A stretch of 63,812 nt of DNA, the filler included, from Octopus bimaculoides (Eukaryota): assembly GCF_001194135.2 (NCBI RefSeq). It is 5 parts of 5 records of this genome, joined end to end, with 100 filler letters (N's around TTAATTAATTAA, not from the genome) between each part and the next. Parts side by side here need not be neighbours in the genome. Positions count along the whole stretch, not along the records: positions 1 to 8,135 come from NC_068989.1; positions 8,236 to 22,918 come from NC_069004.1; 3 more parts are not named here. The stretch is one strand, 5' to 3'. How positions within the stretch are numbered: the stretch's first letter is position 1; each line of letters starts with the position of its first letter. The notes beneath the pieces are model-generated. The model made no database searches. It was not told the DNA's origin and worked only from the letters and a program-made list of their open reading frames with translations. Positions 1-12,177 of this stretch are shown here, one piece after another. The translations under genes and the position numbers were made by a program.

Positions 1-58
<58 letters not shown>

Positions 59-59
59 C

Positions 60-1000
60 ATATATATATATAATGAATGTTTATGGGTATATAGTTAGAA
101 TGATATTTACGGGTGTATAAATTCAACGATATGTACGAGTGTATTTATAGAAAGATAGATGCAGGTGTATAGGTGGAAAGATATTTACGAGTGTATATTC
201 TTTTATTCTTTTATTCTTTTATTCGTTTCAGTCATTTGATTCCAGCTATGATGGAGCCCTACCTTGAAGGATTTTAGTCGAACAAATCGACCGCAGGACT
301 TATTTTTTAAGCCTAGTACTTATTCTATCAATCTATTTTGACGAACCGCTAGTTTACGGGGACGTAAACAAACCAACGCCGGTTGATAGGAGGACAAACA
401 CACATAAAGTCACACACACATATGTATATATTCGACATGTTTCTTGCAGTTTCTGTCCACCAAATCCACTCACAAAGCTTTGTTCGGCTCGAGGTAATAG
501 TAGAAGACACTTGCCCCAGGTGGCACGCAGTGGGACTGAACCCAGAATCATGTGGTTGGGAATGAAGCTCCCTACCACACAGCCACGCATGTGGAAAAAT
601 ATTTGTGAGTGTATAACTAGAAAGATATTTATATTTAGAAGGTTATTTAGAGTTATATAAGGTGGACTGATATTAATGGGTGTTTATATGGAAGGGTATT
701 TGTAGGTGTGTGAGGGGGTGCTGAAATGTTCCTTGCATTGGATAAAAGAAAATACAGGAGGATCAGTTAATTATAATTTTATTCAGCATATTTCCCTCTC
801 AGATTCACACAGTTGTTGCAGTTTTTCTAAGCCCTGTAAAAGAACGCGGAATGTTGGGCCTCTAACCAGGCTTTTCGCGATACCCTTAAAGTCAGGAGCT
901 TTTCAGCACCCCTTCGTATAGGTAGAGGGATATTTATGGGTGTATATTTGGAATGATATTTGCGGGTGTATAGGTAGAATGATATTAATGGGTGTATGTT
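60..1000. repeat. Degenerate AT-rich minisatellite (about 28-30 bp, TATTTACGGGTGTATAGGTAGAA-like), interrupted by a SINE
   Basis: Recurrent gatatttacg/atgggtgtata-ggtagaa units at about 70-200 and 590-1000. Confidence 0.55.
200..590 (-). mobile_element. Octopus tRNA-derived SINE, family A
   Basis: Reverse complement of head GGCTGTGTGGTAAG...GGTTCAGTCCCACTGCGTG...GGGCAAGTGTCTTCTACTAT and tail GCTCCAGCATGGC...GAAAC; the same sequence recurs more than 15 times in the window. Confidence 0.85.
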
Positions 1001-1009
1001 GGTTACATA

Positions 1010-1200
1010 GACTTATGAGCTGGCAGAATCGGTAGAATGTGGGACAAAATAGTATGCGGTATTTGTTACTGGTCTTTACGTTCTGAGATCAAATCCCACC
1101 GAGGTTGACTCAACCTTTCTTTCAGAGATTGATAAAATAAAGAATCAATCAAGTACAGAGATGCTGTAATCTACTGGTTCTCCTCAAAATTGCTGGTCTT
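1010..1200 (+). mobile_element. Octopus SINE family B (GAGCTGGCAGAATCGTTAG head)
   Basis: tRNA-like A box TGGCAGAATCGG and B-box-like GTTCTGAGATCAAATCC; similar to the copy at 59695-59910. Confidence 0.7.
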
Positions 1201-1849
1201 GTACTGACAGCAGGAACCACCACCCTCATCAGCAATAAAGAAATTAAAAAAGTGTTGCTAGAACAATAAGGAAATAATTATTAGAAACGATAGTTACTTC
1301 TATCTTGGTATTCTATAGATAACTGATGTGGAGAAGTACAATGATATTCCCGACGAAAATTAACTGTTTACTCCTACTCTATCTTAATTCTCCCTATAGA
1401 ATTACATTCGACTACATTCCTAACCCCTCACTCGTTTTTTCCCCTTCTCATCCACTTTTCCTTTTTCACACTCTCCCTACACTTTTCCCCTTTTGAAGAA
1501 CTAACGTCCGAAAAGTTATGACTCTTTCCTTTCCCTTTTTAATCGTTAAATTAATATAATATCTGTTTAAACTTGTTCTTTCTGTGTTGCATTTTAATTT
1601 TAATTTTTGTTCATTGCATTTCCATTTATGTTTCACTATATATATATATATNNNNNNNNNNNNNNNNNNNNNNNNNNNNNNNNNNNNNNNNNNNNNNNNN
1701 NNNNNNNNNNNNNNNNNNNNNNNNNNNNNNATGTTAGAACAATTTTGTATTGGAAAACATATGCTGCCAAAAATTCCAGCATAGTCAAATTTTAAGCATA
1801 TAATCACAATTCACTCGTACTTTCATATTTTCTGTTATAAAGTTTCCAG

Positions 1850-3430
1850 TGAATAACGTTGTTGTAGCCTCAGTAACAAAAGATTACAAATGCAGCCTGT
1901 GAATTTAGGCTAAATGTTCTTATTATTAATAATGTCTAATGTACATTAATAAGTTACATTTGAATTTTTCAATAAAGTATTTCTCTTTAATGGACCTTCT
2001 ATTCATTAAAGAAAACCCCCATATGGTAAAAGCTCATCCACTACAATTATCCAGCTGTTTGTTTAACAGAATATTTTTTTGTACTGCGGTTGTGTTATGT
2101 GTTGCCAGTACATCCGCACCCTCTCAGTCAATGCATTTCAGATTTATTCAACATAAATAATTTTGCAATAGCTGCATTCAATGGTATATATAAAAGATTT
2201 TTGTTTTTTTACAAATGATATCAGCTTTTGGATATATGGTGGTACCGGATTTGGTATTTAATTCACTACTGCTTTTAATATCTCACTAAGTACCGAATCA
2301 ACCATTATTATATACTTGCACTTTAGATATCGCCTATCCTTGTCCATGTCGAATTTTGCTGGACTCAATAATAGTTAAAAGTTTTCCTGTTGTCATTCTC
2401 TTCGAATTACTGGTGAACTCTGAACAAGGAACGTCATATTTGCTCTTGCTACGGCAAAAATACCGCAAAAATGTACGTGTCTTGTGTTATAAGGGGTATC
2501 TTACGGAGCTGTTGCATCGGGTTTATTTGTCTTTTGCATATATTCTCGGGAAGTTATGAATCCTTCCAGCTCTTGCAGGCGATTGTTTCGTCGACTTCAG
2601 CTATTGTACATGCTTTCCGATTTAGACAGTATGGCATATTATTTTTGCATAAATCTGGTGGTAGCAACTGAAGTTTAAATATTGATACATATCGATGTAA
2701 AAAAATGTCAGTTTTTATATGGGTTCTATTTTTAATTATTAGAATACTTAGAAAAAACAATTCATAATTACTTGTCTTTCTTGTGAACTGTGTGGTTTAT
2801 ATAAAATACTAGAAAATTCTTCCAGTGCTTCATCAAATTTTTTTTCCATATGATAAATATAAATAACGTTTTCATGAAGATTCAATATGTCGGACAATGT
2901 CAATGTTGAATATGGTCTCCACGTCTTGGTTACACCTTCTGTTTTAAGAACACCATAACAAGGGATGCGTAAGTAGGCGTAAATGTACCTATGGGTGTTC
3001 CACTAGTCTGGATAACAATTTTTCATTGAAATAGAAGGAGTTGTATTTTAGAACAAGTATAGTGGAATCCGAAAGTAGCTCGGGAGAGGATTTGCCTTTC
3101 TATGTTTTACCACCGGAGTATTATGTAACAGCGATAGCTAAAACCATGACGCATATTTCAGTAAAGGCGAGTTGCAGCAAAACTTAAAAATGAGCAATTA
3201 TATCTCTTGTGGCTAGATGTTTCATCTCAATATTTTTCCATTTGCTTGTCTCATGAACTTCGCAACAGTAAATCCCTCTAACTGATACCATGATGATAAG
3301 CGTCGGGCATTAGACACTTACGCTATTCACTGGTTCCAAGAGTGATCTTTTCTTACTGATATACTGACAATGCTATTTCCCAAAAGATTTGTTTCTACAA
3401 AACATGTAAGTATTAATGAATTGTGAATTC
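1850..3430 (-). mobile_element. Decayed Penelope-like element (RT, thumb and GIY-YIG endonuclease)
   Basis: Manual - strand translation through stops and frameshifts: GTPIGTFTPTYASLVMVFL (RT), *KRYL..IIW (eroded YxDD), FLSILIIKNRTHIKTDIF, MPYCLNRKACTIAE..RLQELEGF, IFAVARANMTFLVQSS, then FIYTIECSYCKIIYVE..NALTERVRMYWQHITQP (GIY-YIG). This is the canonical PLE domain order. Confidence 0.8.
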
Positions 3431-3914
3431 TTCATCAATATCAGGTTATGCAGAAGGGCATACTCAGTAATATAATTTTAATTACGTTATTTCTGAAAAT
3501 AAAACCGTGTGATTACAGTTGTTTATAAATCTCGTATGTTGTGGGACTGAACGACAACGACCACAGCAGCAGCAGCAGCAGCAATAACCAGAGCAAAGTT
3601 ATCAACGAAGAAACCTCATGGCAGTTACTTAGTCTGCTACGAAATATCAGCGAAATCTCTTTCAATTCACACATTACATTATTTACAGAAGGAAGAACTC
3701 TGAATATTGTAGTAGTAGATATACTGTTTTTCCCTCACAAAACAAGACTGGAATTCACAGCTTGGAAACCTTTGATTATAAGTCGCTCAATCAGAGCTGC
3801 CCAAAGGCTAAACACCACCACCATCAACACCAACAGCAACAAAAGCAGCAGCAGCAACATTAACAACAACTGCAACACTAAGTTATGTTATTGTTATTTA
3901 CCGACCAGATGGCC

Positions 3915-4090
3915 TTAGACTTAAACGGATATTCCAGCCAGGACAAACCTGTTTTATGTTTGCTTGTCATAGTGCACCTCGGAATACATTATCCTATATA
4001 TCTCTCTTTCAGAGTGTGATTTAATGGAGATTTGGCTACAAAATTTAGCAGATTGTCTGATCATATAAAGACTATAGTTCATCAGACATA
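3915..4090. mobile_element. Dispersed octopus repeat, family F (GATTTAATGGAGATTTGGCT core)
   Basis: Related sequence at about 24900-24990, 32020-32235, 39920-40140 and 44540-44640. Confidence 0.5.
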
Positions 4091-4295
4091 AAATAAGTTA
4101 TAATTTACAAAAAAAAAAAACACACACACAACAAAAACAAAAACAAAATAAAACAAAATGAAACAAAAAAAAAATTCTGAATCTAGACAAAATTCATCAT
4201 TTGGAAACAGTGTAGATAGGCCACGAATATTTATAACATTTTTCCTATATGTAATAACCTCTCCCTAGTTCTGTATGCTTGATTAGATCATTATT

Positions 4296-4327
4296 CTGAT
4301 GAGGTTTAAAAGACCGAAACAAATGTC
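4296..4327 (+). ncRNA. Degenerate minimal hammerhead-ribozyme core
   Basis: CTGATGA-GGT(TTAAAAG)ACC-GAAACAAATGTC; core boxes and helix II are present, but no helix I pairing was found. Confidence 0.35.
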
Positions 4328-4825
4328 CCTTGTTGTACCTATTTCTGCAAACAAATATGAACCATTCCTTCCTTTAAATGTATAAATTATTTTGGTAAAT
4401 TAATTGTGAAGTCCTCGAAAGTATCCTCAACTTTTTTTGATTGTCTTTAACGTTTACCTGTAGGTTTTTGCTTACTTCCTCCAACTAAAAGCAAAAACTT
4501 AATTAATTATTTTTGCGTGTGTGTGTGGCATCCAGTACATCATTACCTTAACTTAATTATGAAAATTTGGGTCATTGGTACTCTTGAATTATTTCCTTTA
4601 GCTAATTTTATTATATATATATATATATATATATATNNNNNNNNNNNNNNNNNNNNNNNNNNNNNNNNNNNNNNNNNNNNNNNNNNNNNNNNNNNNNNNN
4701 NNNNNNNNNNNNNNNNNNNNNNNNNNNNNNNNNNNNNNNNNNNNNNNNNNNNNNNNNNNNNNNNNNNNNNNNNNNNNNNNNNNNNNNNNNNNNNNNNNNN
4801 NNNNNNNNNNNNNNNNNNNNNNNNN

Positions 4826-5050
4826 TGTGTGTGTGTGTGTGTGTGTGTGTTTGTGTTTGTCCCCAAGCATTGCTTGACAACCGATGCTGGTGTGTTTATG
4901 TCCCCGTCACTTAGCGGTTCGGCAAAAGAGACCGATAGAATAAGTACTAGGCTTACAAAGAATAAGTCCTGGGGTCGATTTGCTCGGCTAAAGGCTGTGC
5001 TCCAGCATGGCCGCAGTCAAATGACCGAAACAAGTAAAAAAGAGTAAAAA
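4826..5050 (+). mobile_element. SINE family A, 3' half
   Basis: TTGACAACCGATGCTGG...GGTTCGGCAAAAGAGACCGATAGAATAAGTACTAGG...GCTCCAGCATGGCCGCAG. Confidence 0.9.
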
Positions 5051-5769
5051 AAGAGAGAAAAAGAGTAAATTATTCTGGTCATAAACATTCTCATTTATTT
5101 TCTTATATATAAAACTCTTTCCACTGATCTGCAGGCATGGTCAAACTATCTAATACCGATAACGTGCAGTAGACCAAAAGGCTTATTTGCCTTCTAACAA
5201 TTGTCAAACTGTTCTTTCCCTAAACATTTCAATTAATTTGAGAAAATATTTCATAACTCTTTCACTATCGAAGGCAAAATCAGATGAGGTTACTCACGAT
5301 GTTTTCCCTATATAATTTAAATTGCTTTTTCATTATGTCTTTCAAGAAAACACATCACAAAAATCTGGAGATATATCGGACTCTGAAGACGTGGGGAAAT
5401 TTTTATTACTTATCAGGCATTTGAAGGTTTCTTTTGCTTCTCAGATTTCATTCCTTTATATTTTTAAAATACTAATAGTTATAATTAATGAAATTACATT
5501 TATGTAGTTTATTTCCAGACGTTTTCCATGTTTATTTTATCAAAGAATATTTTCCCTTTCAAATAAATAATTTTATATTTCGTCAGTATTTGTGGGTGTA
5601 ATACACAAATAAAGATTAATTCAAGAGGCAACCGGCAGCCGTAAATCCAAACGTCGGGTTATAGGAACCAGCAAAACTTAACAGTCGTATCACCATGTGC
5701 CCTCTACCCGAGCTTCTGACCAGAATGAACTACTCCCCGAAAATCATCCACAAAAACACGATGCACCGT

Positions 5770-5830
5770 GAAGAAAGGAGGCCATTTGAACAGGCCTCTT
5801 TTTGACGTGACGTCACTTCCCCTCGCTTCT
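5770..5830 (-). promoter_or_regulatory. Candidate promoter/enhancer: composite ETS-CRE motif plus YY1-like site
   Basis: - strand GGAAGTGACGTCACGTCA (about 5803-5820) followed by AAATGGCC, in a locally CpG-rich patch (5630-5850). Confidence 0.35.
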
Positions 5831-6520
5831 GATTCCTCGTCGTAGTTGCCTCCTTTATTCCTCTACAGTATTATAAATTATTATAATACAGACGAAACAA
5901 AATTATTAATATAACAAATTCAATTCTGATTTTCCTGCATTTTGAAGACAACGTATGACTCTTAGCTTGAAACAAGTCTAACATATGACCTCTTTTATTT
6001 TGCAAACGAAGCCCGTTTTAACTCATCGATGCAACCTATCTCATTACATAGATGAAACATGCTTCATTTCATGGATGAAACCTGTTTTAATTCACACATG
6101 AAATCTGTCTCGTTTCATACATAAAACTTGGTTTCATTTCGTATGTTGAATAGTGTGAACAGATTACATTTCTTACGTCCAAGAGAGTTACCTTCCCTTA
6201 TTTGAACACAGATTTGAGAGCCATATTATGACTCCCAAATGTGTCATAGGAAACGTCTGAGAACCGAATATGACTCTCAAAACAGTGTTAATATTCTATA
6301 TCATCTCCCCTTTTCTTCGAGAAATACTAACAATTGCTGTTAGATGTTTTTCCCCCATTTTCTTCAATTAAATGAGAAATTTCAATTAACTATGAATTTT
6401 TTTTCTTTACGTTCACCATTCAACACATCATCCTTTCACTTGAGTACCCAAATATATGCCATTACTACATTTGAGTTAATTCCCTTAGCTCGTTTTATTT
6501 TGACAGCCATAAAACATCCT

Positions 6521-6595
6521 ATAATGTCATATAATGCCACATAATGATACATAAGATCACGCAATGTCACGTAACGTCACGTAAAGTCACGTAAT
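6521..6595. repeat. 10-bp tandem repeat grading from ATAATGTCAT to GTCACGTAAT
   Basis: ataatgtcat ataatgccac ataatgatac ataagatcac gcaatgtcac gtaacgtcac gtaaagtcac gtaat. Confidence 0.75.
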
Positions 6596-6689
6596 CTCCC
6601 AGGCATGTATCTTTCTGAATCAGTAAATATTTAGTAGCTCACAGTTTTAAGAGAGATCAAGCAACGATCAAAGCAGACCACACTGTTAT

Positions 6690-7440
6690 TGATTGTGTTG
6701 TTGCTGTTGTCGTTGTTGTTACTGCAGTCGATTTATGTTGTTGCTGCTGCTGCTATTGTTAATAAAAATCAAGGTTTTATGGATCAGATATAAATGCAAT
6801 ATTGAGGTTGTAACTAAGTCTTTCATCTTTAGTGAGAAAAGGTGCAGCACTTTCGTTGTTGTCGTTGTGGTGGTGGTGGTGGTGGTCGTTGTTGTTGTTG
6901 TGTAACCCTTGGTTAACAATGAACCAGATAGACCTGTGATTAAAAGCATTCAACCTATGACCATTCTTCATATTTTTGTTTTTCAAGCAAACTGTACCTT
7001 TGACAACATTATGCAATATTTTTTTTTTTGTTGCTTAAGATGCAAGGGTGGAGTTTGAAGGAGAATTGAAACCCTGTGGGACGAAGGAAGTGTTTTAAAA
7101 TCAGAAACTATTTAGCAACTCTTAGTTTTAAGAGAATATGCAACGATCAAAGCAGATCACATTGGGCTGTTGTTGGTATTGTTGTTGTTGTTGTTGTCGT
7201 CACTGCTCTTGTCGTTACTCCTATTATTATTGTTATTGTAGTTGTTGTTTTGCAGTTGTTGCTGTCGTTGTTTTCGATGCTGTTGACATCATAGCTACCG
7301 TTATTTTTGATGTAGCTGTTGTTGTTCTTGCCGTTGTTGCTCCTATTAGCATTTTTGCTGGGCATTGTCACTGTAAGTGTGGTTGTAGCTGTTGTTGTTG
7401 TTGTTGGTGGTGGTGCTGTTGTTGTTGTTGCTCCTGTAAT
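6690..7440. repeat. (GTT/GGT)n low-complexity tracts within a local duplication
   Basis: GTTTTAAGAGA..GCAACGATCAAAGCAGA.CACA at about 6640 and 7125, each followed by a (GTT)n tract. Confidence 0.7.
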
Positions 7441-7764
7441 TACCACTGTTGCTATTTTCCTTCTTATTCTTGTTTAGCTTCACGTCAGCCCTAATCGATC
7501 CGATTTATGATCAAAGTTGTAGTGGCGTTATGGAATAACGCGGTGTAATGTTGTGAATGGTATTTTGTCATACTGTAGTACAATAATGTGACGTCGTAGA
7601 TGAGTGTAAGAATGTAGTACAATGCTGTGGTATTGCGCAACAGTGCAGTTTATTGCAGTAGAGAGATGTAGTGCTGGGCTCAGTGTTGTGCAGTAAGTCG
7701 AGTTGTGCAGGAAAGACCAAGTCTGGTGGCATTTATTTCAAGATATTCACTGGCCTGCATTGGT

Positions 7765-7800
7765 ATCCTTTTCTTTCCTTCTTTCTTTCTTTCTTTCTTC

Positions 7801-7843
<43 letters not shown>

Positions 7844-7991
7844 TCGTCCGTCCGTCCGTCTGTCTGTCTGATTGCCTGCCTGTATGCCTGTCTTTCTATC
7901 TACATCTATCCATCTATCTACATCTACATATCTTATATACACACACATATATTCATACATTGATATATACAAATGTGGATGTATGTATGTG

Positions 7992-8080
<89 letters not shown>

Positions 8081-8090
8081 GTATATATAT
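7765..8090. repeat. Compound microsatellite (TTTC)n/(GTCT)n/(CA)n/(TA)n
   Basis: Direct inspection. Confidence 0.95.
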
Positions 8091-8405
8091 AATCATAAAT
8101 ATATAGGGATTGACAGTAACCTGCTTCTCCAACATNNNNNNNNNNNNNNNNNNNNNNNNNNNNNNNNNNNNNNNNNNNNTTAATTAATTAANNNNNNNNN
8201 NNNNNNNNNNNNNNNNNNNNNNNNNNNNNNNNNNNCATATGTATATATATATGACCAACACTTTGAACATTTGTAATGGATTGCCTACTTCATTGCTAAT
8301 AAACCACACTTGATATCTCCCATGGTGCGTTACTTTGCGGCCACCCTAGTTACAAACGCGCGCGCGCACACACACACACACACATACACATTATGTATAT
8401 GTATT

Positions 8406-8441
<36 letters not shown>

Positions 8442-8699
8442 TGTTATTTGAAAAATGTGTAATTGAAATGTAGTCTTGAATGGAAATAACGGTGTTGACT
8501 TGCAAGGGGGACAACTCTCTCAGTGTAATTCAAGGGAAAGTACTCTCGTCATGGTGACTAATGCGTGAATTTTGAACTTGAATAGACAAGCGTGTATAAA
8601 ATCAACTGGTAGTAGATGTGGGCGTATGGCAATGGGTGAATGTCGTGAGTGTGTGCGTGCGCGCGCGCATATGTGTGTATATAAATATATATATATATC

Positions 8700-8898
8700 T
8701 CTTTTACTCTTTTACTTGTTTCAGTCATTTGACTGCGGCCATGCTGGAGCACCGCCTTTAGTCGAACAAATCGACCCCAGAACTTATTCTTTGTAAGCCT
8801 AATACTTATTCCATCGGTCTGTTTTGCCGAACCGCTAGATTACGGGGGCGTAAACACACCAGCATCGGTTGTCAAGCGATGATGGGGGTACAAACACA

Positions 8899-8944
<46 letters not shown>

Positions 8945-9157
8945 NNNNNNNNNNNNNNNNNNNNNNNNNNNNNNNNNNNNNNNNATATACATATATACGA
9001 TGGGCTTCTTTCAGTTTCCGACTACCAAATCCACTCACAAGGCTTTGGTCGGGTCGAGGCTATAGTAGAAGACACTGCCCAAAGTGCCACGCAGTGGGAC
9101 TGAACCCTGAACCATGTGGTTGGTAAGCAAGCTACTTACCACACACCCATTCCTGCA
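8700..9157 (-). mobile_element. SINE family A, near full length, with internal (CA)n and a gap
   Basis: Tail 8700-8900 and head 8990-9157 match the family consensus seen elsewhere in the window. Confidence 0.9.
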
Positions 9158-9254
9158 TGTATGTATGTATGTATGTATGTATGTATGTATGTATGTATGT
9201 ATGTATGTACATGTATATGCGCGTGTGTATGTGTGCATGTATGTATGTATTTTA

Positions 9255-9460
9255 TCTTTTACTTGCTTCATTCATTTGTTGCGGCCATGCTGGAGCACCG
9301 CCTTGATGAAGTTTAATTGAACAACTAGACACCAGGATTTTTTTTAAAGCATGGTGCTTATTCATTCGGTCTTTTTTTGCCGAACCGCTAATTTACGCGG
9401 CCGTAAATACACCAACACCGATTGTCAAGCGGTGATGAGAAGACAAGCAGAGAGACAAAT
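9255..9460 (-). mobile_element. SINE family A, 3' half
   Basis: GGCCATGCTGGAGCACCG...GCCGAACCGCTAA...TTGTCAAGCG. Confidence 0.8.
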
Positions 9461-9621
9461 TCGCACACACATATGAATATATGTGTATCGTCCATACTTT
9501 CGGTTGTTTTCCATTTAATTTAACCTAAGCTGTAAAACTTTTGTATAGTTCGGAACTACCCAGTCCAATCTCTATGAAATTACCACTAGTGTATGTGCGA
9601 ATATATTCCCGCTATATATGT

Positions 9622-9697
<76 letters not shown>

Positions 9698-10325
9698 AAA
9701 TATAGGTATGTGTGTAACAGAATCTCGTTTACAATAATATATCCAATAATATACTGAATATGTAAGTTAAAGAAGAAGAAATAATATTCCAGAAGACTTG
9801 TGGAGTAATAATTGATATATTTTATTACATGTATTACTCTGGATTTTGCAATAATATATAATATACGGAAGAAATGTCTTCTTCAAGTATGTTCCTTCCT
9901 CTGAAAGTCTGTCAATTTCAAGCTGAAATAGAAAGAAAATTAGTCTAGAAATACAGAATATATAGAAAATTAGCACATTAATGTATGTTAATTTTTGACG
10001 GAATATCTTTACGGTTAATTTAGATGTTATGAGCGCTGTGAAAGGAATGGTAAACTGTCCAAGAAGTAACTATGACTGCGGTATAGGTTTGAATTCCGTT
10101 CAAGATATTTCTCAAGAAACTTTCTTCTTTTAATAACTATTTCAAATTTCGGCACAAAGCCAGCAATTTTAGGAACTGTTGTTGAGTATGGTGATTATAT
10201 CCACACCAGTGCTTTACTGGTACTATTTTATCAACCTCAAAAGAAGTTGACCTCAATGAAACACCCGTAAACAATTTTCTCCTACACGCTAACCATTTCG
10301 CCAGCTCACCCTTTCTTTCTTTCCT

Positions 10326-10381
<56 letters not shown>

Positions 10382-10514
10382 TTAAGAATCCTTCCTACTG
10401 TAGGTACAATGCCTGGAATTAGTGGGGAGGAGAATGGTCGATCACATCGACCCCAGTACTTGATTGGTACTTATTTTATCAATCCGGAAAGGATGGGAAT
10501 TTGAACTCAGAACG

Positions 10515-10810
10515 TGAAGACGGACGAAATACCTATTTCTTTACTGCCCACAAGGGGCTACACACAGAGGGGACAAACAAGGACAGACAAACGGATTAAG
10601 TCGATTATATCGACCCCAGTGCGTAACTGGTACTTAATTTATCGACCCCGAAAGGATGAAAGGCAAAGTCGACCTCGGCGGAATTTGAACTCAGAACGCG
10701 GTGGCAGACGAAATACCGCTAAGCATTTCGCCCGGCGTGCTAACGTTTCTGCCAAGCGTTTCGCCCGGCGTGCTAACGTTTCTGCCAAGCGTTTCGCCCG
10801 GCGTGCCAAC
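10515..10810 (-). mobile_element. SINE family B with a triplicated 33-bp 5' head
   Basis: Body GAGTTCAAATTCCGCCGAGGTCGAC...GGGGTCGATAAATTAAGTACCAG; three tandem AAGCGTTTCGCCCGGCGTGCTAACGTTTCTGCC units at 10721-10810. Confidence 0.9.
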
Positions 10811-11619
10811 AATTATGCCTGCTCGTCGTCTTTTTCTCTCTTTTAATACCATCCCATCGTAAGTACGGTCTGTTTCGTTTATTCGGAGAAGCATCGTAGA
10901 CATTAGTTACTTGTTTCACGATTGAGAGTCGTTTATGGGGAAGACATTGTCTGCCGCAGATTCTGATGAACATGCCGCCCAGTTTTCCCTTTACGTTGTC
11001 CCTCACACTACACTATACTAAAGTTACAAGCATGGCAAGATTGAATTACGTATTTTCTTTAAGGCTTGATAATATTATACGGAACTTATAACGAGTTATG
11101 AGTCAAATATGTAGAGTTTAGTGTACTGCGTAAGGAGCCGTACCTTTGTAAACTTCTCACCCGTTTATCTCCAGACATAGACAGGAGCAACGGCTTCAAA
11201 CTTACTAACACAGCTCTCACATATGGCTCCTGGAGGTCGGTAGTGCACACGTAGGGTCACTCCACGGTACCTCACTTCGGCCTGTGAGCAAAACTCATTT
11301 AAAGATATCAGTAATCTCGAAAGGATTGTTGTACAGGAAACGTCAACCCGGAAGAATCAATATGCTCGATGTTTTAGAAGATATCACAGCCAGATGTGTG
11401 GCACATTTAGGGCCACACATCTGGAATTCAGATTTGTGGCCAGCTTCCATAGGAACGATTCGGGCCATACCATGTCCCTAATTTCACATGTGATACATCA
11501 ATGGATATTAGACTGCTCTAATTGTGTCGTTGGTATTCAAGAATCTAAAAGCAGATGACATCTAAGGACGAAATATGCCTACCTCAAAATGAATCAAATA
11601 TAAATATAAAATGAATATA

Positions 11620-11770
11620 GGCGTAGGCATGACCGTGTGGTTGAGACATTTGCTTCCCGAACATGTGGTCTTGGGTTCGGTCCCACTGCACAGTCACTTG
11701 GCCAATAATCTTCTACTATAGCCCCTGGATAAATAAAGCCTTTTAAGTGGTTCAGTAGATGAATACTAAA
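11620..11770 (+). mobile_element. SINE family A, head
   Basis: GGCGTAGGCATGACCGTGTGGTTG...GGTTCGGTCCCACTGC...TCTTCTACTATAGCC. Confidence 0.7.
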
Positions 11771-11989
11771 AAAGCATGTTCTATATATGTATTTATATAC
11801 AGGTATAGTGATGCAAACAAGAAAAATAGAACTCACATTATGAGTATATGTAAATTTTTATTAAAATTTAGTAAAAGCAACAGGGTGAATTAAGATCCGA
11901 CAGTTTCGTGCATTGGTAATTATCGAAACAGCGCACGAAACTATTTAGACTTGAGTCACCCTGGTGCTTCTGCTAATTATTAATATATA

Positions 11990-12114
11990 TATATGTACGT
12001 ACGTACGTATGTATGTATGTATGTATGTATGTATGTATGTATGTATGTGTGTATGTATGTATGTTTGTATGTATGTATGTATGTACACATATACATATGT
12101 ATATATATGATATA

Positions 12115-12177
<63 letters not shown>
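11990..12177. repeat. (TATG)n plus (AAT)n microsatellites
   Basis: Direct inspection. Confidence 0.95.

Noticed and set aside
5740-5786. - strand MASFLHGASCFCG-TGA as a possible selenoprotein start
   Set aside because: Read-through ends at another TGA 17 codons later, and there is no homology or SECIS evidence.
8180-8191. TTAATTAATTAA palindrome, also at 22963-22974, 36526-36537 and 43807-43818
   Set aside because: Where counted (8136-8235) it is centred in exactly 44 N + 12 + 44 N, the other three look the same, and it has stops in all six frames. It is an artificial scaffolding spacer, not biology.
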